Positions 58,382 through 64,000 of a stretch of 64,000 bases of DNA are shown here, piece after piece; the stretch's first letter is position 1; each line of letters begins with the position of its first letter. The stretch spans positions 4,472-68,471 of the forward strand of contig JADFYE010000011.1 in assembly GCA_015233195.1 (NCBI GenBank), written 5' to 3'. Under the pieces are notes generated by a model that did no database searches, had not been told where the DNA came from, and saw only the letters and a program-made list of their open reading frames with translations. Origin of the DNA: Candidatus Omnitrophota bacterium. GTDB lineage: Bacteria; Omnitrophota; Gorgyraeia; Zapsychrales; Zapsychraceae. A program made the position numbers and the translations under genes.

Positions 58382-59002
58382 ATGGATTTGCGGACAGCGG
58401 TGATTTATGTTGTTGATGATGATGTAGCGATGTTAAAAAGTTTAGAACGCTTGTTAGTCGGAAAAGGATATAAAGTTGAAATATTTTCTTCGGCTCAGGA
58501 GTTTTTGGCGAAAAATAAATATCATCAGCCAGCGTGTATTCTGCTTGACCTAAAAATGCCGGAAATCACTGGTTTGGATTTACAGAAAAAATTAATCATC
58601 CGCGGGGTGCGTTTACCAATAATTTTTGTTTCCGGACAAGGTGATGTTCCCAGCAGTGTTAAAGCCATGAAAGGCGGAGCAGTTGATTTTATTGTTAAAC
58701 CTTTCAAATCTGAAGATTTGCTTTCAGTGGTAGAGCATGCTTTAGAATTGTCAGTTAAGATCCAGAAAGAATCAGCTGAACAGCATAAACTTCAGATGTT
58801 GCTGGATAAAATGACTAAAAGAGAAAAACAGGTGTTTCAATTGGTTATAAAAGGTTTATTAAATAAACAAATTGCGGTTGAATTAGGAATCAGTGAAAAA
58901 ACTGTTAAGGTTCATCGGGGTCGGTTGATGGAAAAATTAAATGTGAATTCTGTTGCGGAATTAGTACGAATGGCAGGTAAGTCCGGTAATTTATCCGAAT
59001 GA
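58382..59002 (+). CDS. FixJ/NarL-family response regulator (REC + LuxR-type HTH)
   Basis: VVDDDVAM, LLDLKMPEITG, FVSGQGD, VKPF. C-terminal TKREKQVFQLVIKGLLNKQIAVELGISEKTVKVHR. Confidence 0.92.
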   Translation: MDLRTAVIYVVDDDVAMLKSLERLLVGKGYKVEIFSSAQEFLAKNKYHQPACILLDLKMPEITGLDLQKKLIIRGVRLPIIFVSGQGDVPSSVKAMKGGAVDFIVKPFKSEDLLSVVEHALELSVKIQKESAEQHKLQMLLDKMTKREKQVFQLVIKGLLNKQIAVELGISEKTVKVHRGRLMEKLNVNSVAELVRMAGKSGNLSE

Positions 59003-59011
59003 AGTGATAGT

Positions 59012-59386
59012 ATGAATAGCGACAAAAAAATATTAATCGTTGACGATGATCGTAATGTTCGTAAATCGACGCGGCGTTTGTTATTTATTAATGGTCTAAT
59101 GAATGTAGCTGAAGCTGGAGGAGTTACCGAGGCAGAAAACATTATCAAGGATTTTTGTCCGGATCTGATATTGGTAGATATAGGAATGCCGGATCGCAAA
59201 GGATACGAATTGTGTATGGATATAAAAGATGATCCAGATAAAAAGAAAATAAAAATTATTGGTATTTCTGGGTACGCCGGTGGAATTGGTGAAGCTTTTA
59301 TGCAGGCGTGCGGAGCGGATTGTTTCTTCGAAAAACCTTTTGACAGCGATCAATTGGTTAGAAAAATTTTTGAACTATTAGGGTGA
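59012..59386 (+). CDS. Single-domain response regulator (receiver only)
   Basis: ILIVDDDRN, ILVDIGMPDRKG, GISGY, EKPF. Confidence 0.88.
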   Translation: MNSDKKILIVDDDRNVRKSTRRLLFINGLMNVAEAGGVTEAENIIKDFCPDLILVDIGMPDRKGYELCMDIKDDPDKKKIKIIGISGYAGGIGEAFMQACGADCFFEKPFDSDQLVRKIFELLG

Positions 59387-59390
59387 CAAT

Positions 59391-59957
59391 ATGGAAAATA
59401 GACCGTTGACTACAGGGGAGATGGCAGAACATTGCCATGTAACTTATCGTACTGTTTTGAAATGGATAGAGGACGGTAAATTAAAAGCTTACCGTACTCC
59501 GGGAAAACACAGCCGAGTGTACGCCGAGGAGTTCGTTAGGTTTTTGCGGGATTATAAAATGCCGATTCCTAATGAATTTAAGGCTTTGGCAGCGGTTAAA
59601 AGGATATTGGTAGTTGATGACGATAAGAATATTACCCGGTCGCTGCAGCGTTTGTTGAAGGGAGCCGGATATAGTGATATTGAATTAGCGTTTGATGGTT
59701 TTGAGGCGGGAAGGAAATTTTTTGAGTTCCAGCCTCATTTAGTTATAGTAGATATTCGTATGCCGGGGATCGATGGATTTCAAGTTGTTGAACATATTTT
59801 GAAATCTCCTCATGGAAAGCAAGTAAAGATAATCGCAATATCCGCGTTTTTTGAAGCAGAAAAGAAAAAATATTTGATCCAGCAAGGTGTAAGTTTTTGT
59901 TTGGATAAACCGTTTGATCCAAAAGAATTGATAGTAAAAATAAAAGAGATAATATGA
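59391..59957 (+). CDS. Excisionase/MerR-type HTH fused N-terminally to a receiver domain
   Basis: LTTGEMAEHCHVTYRTVLKWIEDGKLKAYRTPGKHSRV (excisionase-family HTH) then ILVVDDDKN, VIVDIRMPGIDG, AISAF, LDKPF. Confidence 0.85.
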   Translation: MENRPLTTGEMAEHCHVTYRTVLKWIEDGKLKAYRTPGKHSRVYAEEFVRFLRDYKMPIPNEFKALAAVKRILVVDDDKNITRSLQRLLKGAGYSDIELAFDGFEAGRKFFEFQPHLVIVDIRMPGIDGFQVVEHILKSPHGKQVKIIAISAFFEAEKKKYLIQQGVSFCLDKPFDPKELIVKIKEII

Positions 59958-62746
59958 TCTTTGGATCGCTGTCTCGTAGATTAATATTTTTTATTTTAGC
60001 ATTTTGGGGTCTTAGCATATTTTGTGTAAGCGCTAATGCTGAATATATTGATGATGATGAGGTTGATGCTTCCTCATGTTATCGTATCGGTATTGTTACA
60101 GAGCAGGAAGATATTGATGCGTCAGAACAATGGATGCCGGTTGTAGATTACCTTAATACCAATATTAAAGATCAATGTTTTGCTATCCGCTATTTTAAGC
60201 CTTCTTACAGTTTATCTGCCATAAAAGCCAAAGAAGCTGATTTTTTATTTATGAGTCCAGTAGTCTACTCAGAATTAGAACATCACGTTTTGATAGACAC
60301 CTATTTGAGTATGGAACGTTTACAGGGCGGCATGTATTATTCGCGCAGCGGCGCCACTGTTTTCACTCGTCCGGAACAAAAAGATATTAATGTTTTTAAA
60401 GATTTGAAACATAAAAAAGTAATTGTCTTTAAATCTGAGGATATGCGGGGTGAGTTGGCTTTTGAGCGGGAGTTAGTAAAACTTCATGTTGATCCTAAAA
60501 AAGCATTTAAAAAATATATTTTGACTGAGAATAAAAAAGATATTCTATCTTCAGTTTTACGCAAAGAATATGACGCGGGAGTTTTGGCTACCGGAGATTT
60601 GGAAGATCTGGTGGCTAAAGGGGCTTGTTCTTGGAAGGATTTAAAAATAATCGAACCATATAAAGATTTTCAGATGAAAATGTTTTATGGGGTATCGTTC
60701 CGTTATAGCACTGATCTTTACGCTGATTGGATTTTTGTTTCTATTCGAAATATTCAGTCTCAAATAGTCAGGGATGTGGTTGGGGCGTTATTAAAGATGC
60801 CACCGCATAAGGCTGGTTTTGGCGAAGTTTGGCGTCCAGCATACGATTATCATGATGTTCATGACGCGCTTTGGGACCTAAAACGTGGTAGTCATAATTT
60901 GTGGCATATTCAGAATTCTTTGGCTCGGCTTTGGAGTTCTTATGGATGGTTGATTGTTTTGATATTGTTTATATTTGTGTCAAGCTTGATTTTGGCTATA
61001 TATTTATTAATCAATAATTTCTTATTAAGAAAATCAAAATCGGAATTATCCTACCGGGTATTTTCACAAAAAGAGATTGAAGCCGGGGTTCAGGAGACGG
61101 AAGCCAGGATTGAAGCCATATTGAATGCTATACCTTACGCGGTGATAGGGTTTGAGAATGACACTATAATTTTTGTGAATGGGGCGGTAAAAAAAATCTT
61201 TGGCTGGGATCCGGAAAATTTATTGGGTAAGACTGCTGAAATGCTTTATTCGGGTGAGCATTATATTAATTTAATAAAAGAGATATATTTATCGTTTAAA
61301 AAAGATCAAGTGCTTTGTAAAGAAATAAGTGCTCAAAGAAAAAACGGGGAACACTTTGATTGTTTAGTAAATATTGCGCAGACCAAAACTGTGGGAATTG
61401 ACCATCGCTTTGTCGGGGTGTTTATCGATGTTTCAAATCAGTATCAACAGGAAGAATTGTTAAAGAAACTTTCCAAAGCTGTTGAGCAAAATCCGGTCGG
61501 CGTGTTGATTGTTTCTTATCTTGGCAAGGTCGAATATGTGAATGACAGTTTTGCGCATATAACTGGACTGGAACATTCGCATATTATGAGTTCGTCTGCG
61601 CATAAAATTCTTAGTGAATTATTTTTATATAGTGAAAGTAAAGATTTATGGAATTCTATAGTGACTGCGCAGCTTACCCAAAAAGAATTTTTGACTCAGC
61701 GTAAGAATGGTGAGCAATACTGGGCGGCATTAACGGTTTCTTTGCTTAAAAATTTGGAAGGATCAGTAAGTTATATTGTGTTTAATTGGGATGATATTTC
61801 TGAACGTAAAAAAGCTGAAGATCAGCTTCGTAAAAGTCAGCAGGAAGTAGAACGGGTCAATGCCAGCCTGCTGGATAATGAAAAAGCTTTAAAGACTATG
61901 ATCCAGGATCTGGAATCAACACATAATCAGTTAAAAACTATGCAGACGCAGTTGATTCAGACTGAAAAACTTTCGTCGATCGGGCAATTAGCCGCAGGTA
62001 TAGCGCATGAAATTAATAATCCGATTGCTTTTATTAATAGCAACATGGACGCGTTGGAAAGATATTTAGGAAGTATAAAAAAGATATTTGACGTGTTGCA
62101 CGAGTATGATCGCACTTCTAAAGATGAAGTTGATAAGTTTCATGAAGCGTTTGCAAAAATGAGCAGGATAAAGAATGAGGAAAATATTGATTTTATTTTA
62201 AAAGATATAGATGATGTGATCCATGAATCTAAAGAAGGATTGGAACGGATCAAAAATATTGTAATTGATCTTAAGACTTTCTCGAGGAGAGATGATTCTT
62301 CCCGGGTATTCGCTGACTTGAACCAGATATTAGAAGGAGTTATAAACATTGTCTGGAATGAAATACGATATAAGGCTAAATTGACCAAAAATTTTCAAAA
62401 AATATCATTGGTGAATTGTAATCCTCAGCAGTTGGGTCAGGTATTTATAAATCTTTTAATCAATGCTATTCAGGCAATACCGGAAAAAGGTGAAATAGTT
62501 TTATCAACTTATGAAAAAAATGGGTTTGCAGTAGTTGAAATATCTGATACCGGATCAGGCATACCCGATAATGTGCGGCCATATATTTTTGAGCCTTTTT
62601 TCACTACTAAAAAAGCGGGTGAGAGTACTGGCTTGGGTTTGAGCATAAGTTTAGAAATAATCACTAGGCATCAAGGAAAGATCGACGTGAAAAGTAAAGT
62701 TGGTGAAGGCACTACTTTTTATGTATATTTGCCGCTTTCTAAATAG
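59954..62746 (+). CDS. Sensor histidine kinase with periplasmic PhnD-like solute-binding domain, TM, 2x PAS, HisKA, HATPase_c
   Basis: ATGA overlap. Signal/TM, then YRIGIVTEQ...FLFMSPVVY (phosphonate-binding-protein-like fold), TM WLIVLILFIFVSSLILAIYLLI, PAS x2, H-box GIAHEINNPI, DTGSGI, STGLGL. Confidence 0.88.
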   Translation: MIFGSLSRRLIFFILAFWGLSIFCVSANAEYIDDDEVDASSCYRIGIVTEQEDIDASEQWMPVVDYLNTNIKDQCFAIRYFKPSYSLSAIKAKEADFLFMSPVVYSELEHHVLIDTYLSMERLQGGMYYSRSGATVFTRPEQKDINVFKDLKHKKVIVFKSEDMRGELAFERELVKLHVDPKKAFKKYILTENKKDILSSVLRKEYDAGVLATGDLEDLVAKGACSWKDLKIIEPYKDFQMKMFYGVSFRYSTDLYADWIFVSIRNIQSQIVRDVVGALLKMPPHKAGFGEVWRPAYDYHDVHDALWDLKRGSHNLWHIQNSLARLWSSYGWLIVLILFIFVSSLILAIYLLINNFLLRKSKSELSYRVFSQKEIEAGVQETEARIEAILNAIPYAVIGFENDTIIFVNGAVKKIFGWDPENLLGKTAEMLYSGEHYINLIKEIYLSFKKDQVLCKEISAQRKNGEHFDCLVNIAQTKTVGIDHRFVGVFIDVSNQYQQEELLKKLSKAVEQNPVGVLIVSYLGKVEYVNDSFAHITGLEHSHIMSSSAHKILSELFLYSESKDLWNSIVTAQLTQKEFLTQRKNGEQYWAALTVSLLKNLEGSVSYIVFNWDDISERKKAEDQLRKSQQEVERVNASLLDNEKALKTMIQDLESTHNQLKTMQTQLIQTEKLSSIGQLAAGIAHEINNPIAFINSNMDALERYLGSIKKIFDVLHEYDRTSKDEVDKFHEAFAKMSRIKNEENIDFILKDIDDVIHESKEGLERIKNIVIDLKTFSRRDDSSRVFADLNQILEGVINIVWNEIRYKAKLTKNFQKISLVNCNPQQLGQVFINLLINAIQAIPEKGEIVLSTYEKNGFAVVEISDTGSGIPDNVRPYIFEPFFTTKKAGESTGLGLSISLEIITRHQGKIDVKSKVGEGTTFYVYLPLSK

Positions 62747-62798
62747 GGACAGACGCTATTTATTTGCAAGATACAATAAATAGCGTCTGTCCCTATTT
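62741..62798. repeat. Palindromic repeat family C, copy 2 (24-bp perfect arms, 10-nt loop), overlapping the kinase stop codon
   Basis: AAATAGGGACAGACGCTATTTATT at 62741-62764 and its reverse complement at 62775-62798. The kinase TAG (62744-62746) lies inside the left arm. It probably also acts as the cluster terminator. Confidence 0.88.
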
Positions 62799-62875
62799 AA
62801 AATACTAAGACCAAGGTCGCATTTATCCTGCCTTATATTATTGTTATATTACTCCCTTAATATAGAGGAGTTCAT

Positions 62876-63577
62876 ATGGCTTTTGCATTGTATTTACAAG
62901 ATTTAGTTGTGTCTTTTATGTTGCCGGATAAAAACACGGGGCTAGACCGGATTTTTGTTGATAATTTGAAGCTTGATGCAGGAGAGAAGCTTTGCATATC
63001 CGGACCTTCTGGCTCAGGTAAAAGTGTATTGCTGAATGTACTGGCTGGAGTAAAAAAACCGAACGCCGGACAAGTGTTGTGGGATGGTCTGGATATTACT
63101 CATTTAAGTATTTTTGAACTGGATAAATGGCGTAAACGTAATATAGGTTTTATTTTTCAAGACCTGCATATTTTATCCGGAATGACAGTTTTGCAGAATG
63201 TTTTATTAATGACGGAACAGAATATTAATTCTGTGAATGCTGAAGCGCTTAATTCCCGGGCTAAAATTTTATTACGCGATATGGGGATTTTTTATTTTGA
63301 CCGTCCGGCAAATACGCTTTCCCGAGGAGAACAGCAGCGGGTCGCTATTGTACGCGCGCTTTTAATGTCTCCTCAAGTTTTGATTGCGGATGATCCTTTT
63401 TCCAGCATGGATAATATGACTACGGTTATGGCTTTAAATATTTTATTAAAGCACGTTAAAGAAACCGGTTCTACTTTGATAATTGCCAGCAGTAATCAGA
63501 TTGTCCATCAACGCATTGATCGTGTAGAAATTATGGAAAAAGGCATGTTGCTCCATGAGCACAGTCTTCATACCTAA
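62876..63577 (+). CDS. ABC transporter ATP-binding protein (LolD/FtsE-like), no adjacent permease
   Basis: Walker A GPSGSGKS, signature LSRGEQQR, Walker B LIADDP. SD GAGGAG. Confidence 0.85.
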   Translation: MAFALYLQDLVVSFMLPDKNTGLDRIFVDNLKLDAGEKLCISGPSGSGKSVLLNVLAGVKKPNAGQVLWDGLDITHLSIFELDKWRKRNIGFIFQDLHILSGMTVLQNVLLMTEQNINSVNAEALNSRAKILLRDMGIFYFDRPANTLSRGEQQRVAIVRALLMSPQVLIADDPFSSMDNMTTVMALNILLKHVKETGSTLIIASSNQIVHQRIDRVEIMEKGMLLHEHSLHT

Positions 63578-63672
63578 TAAAAACTAATTCTTAACCCTTC
63601 CCTTGTGTTAAATTCAATATTACAATACTCTAAATTTATTAAATTTTAATTTTATTATTAGGAGGAAGGTTA

Positions 63673-64000
63673 ATGTCATCTAAATTATCAGTTTGGTTTA
63701 CAGCCATGCGTCCATTTTCGTTTACAGCGTCGATTATGCCGGTATTAATTGGCATCGCGTTTGTGTTTGGACGGGGATTATCAGTAGATGGCTGGTCAGC
63801 TTTATGTTTTCTTTTGTCTGCAGTGTGCATTCATGCTGGAACAAATTTGATTAATGATTATTATGATTTTATTTCCGGAGTGGATACAAAAAATAAAATG
63901 GGGCTAAGCGGTGCTTTAACTTCTGGCAGATTGACTCCGGAACAGATCCGTAAGGCAGGATGGATTATGTTTGGTTTAGGATTTTTATTCGGGATTTATT
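63673..64000 (+). CDS. menA: UbiA-family prenyltransferase, probably 1,4-dihydroxy-2-naphthoate polyprenyltransferase, 3'-truncated by window edge
   Basis: Not in the ORF track because it is open-ended. SD AGGAGGAAGG. Own translation MSSKLSVWFTAMRPFSFTASIMPVLIG...HAGTNLINDYYDFISGVD contains the NDYxD prenyl-diphosphate motif. Confidence 0.75.
   Translation, partial: MSSKLSVWFTAMRPFSFTASIMPVLIGIAFVFGRGLSVDGWSALCFLLSAVCIHAGTNLINDYYDFISGVDTKNKMGLSGALTSGRLTPEQIRKAGWIMFGLGFLFGIY

Overview
AT-rich 64-kb chromosomal segment. All genes but two are on the + strand, and I saw no rRNA, tRNA, CRISPR array, transposase or integrase. I cannot place the organism from sequence alone; superoxide reductase, hemerythrin, MenA, MreBCD/PBP2/RodA and type IV pilus ATPases suggest an anaerobic or microaerophilic rod-shaped bacterium. 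Layout: (1) 1-9.7 kb, a two-component signalling island (3 histidine kinases, 5 receiver domains) around a superoxide reductase/hemerythrin pair, a WXXGXW-repeat protein and a very Met-rich exported protein. (2) 9.8-17.2 kb, an exported cupin/zinc-ribbon fusion, a thermonuclease and an AddA/AddB-like helicase-nuclease pair. (3) 17.1-22.9 kb, three tandem polytopic-membrane + TPR proteins (GT-C-like). (4) 23-30 kb, housekeeping genes yggS-proC-mtnP and ileS-dksA-like-lspA-rluD. (5) 30-37 kb, an AAA/DUF4143-like ATPase, a 1480-aa secreted orphan protein and a membrane coiled-coil protein. (6) aroA and gap, then a minus-strand GT2 synthase + PEGA pair. (7) mreBCD-mrdA-[orphan gene]-rodA. (8) 49-63 kb, one co-directional cluster: MshEN-only protein, two PilB-type ATPases, PilC, a coiled-coil protein, a CheX-like phosphatase, PilZ, five more receiver domains, two kinases and a stand-alone DHp protein, with no pilin, secretin or PilMNO visible. 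(9) An orphan ABC ATPase and the 5' end of menA. The most unusual signals are at nucleotide level. A perfect 27-bp-stem palindromic repeat sits in frame inside aroA and recurs over the stop codon of a kinase gene. A ~170-nt repeat occurs in two inverted copies whose stem differences are compensatory. A GGGAGAGGG-type hairpin repeat has three copies, two of which bracket a low-GC orphan gene inserted between mrdA and rodA. All calls come from reading the sequence and ORF track by eye, with no database search. Non-CDS coordinates were hand-counted and may be off by 1-2 nt.
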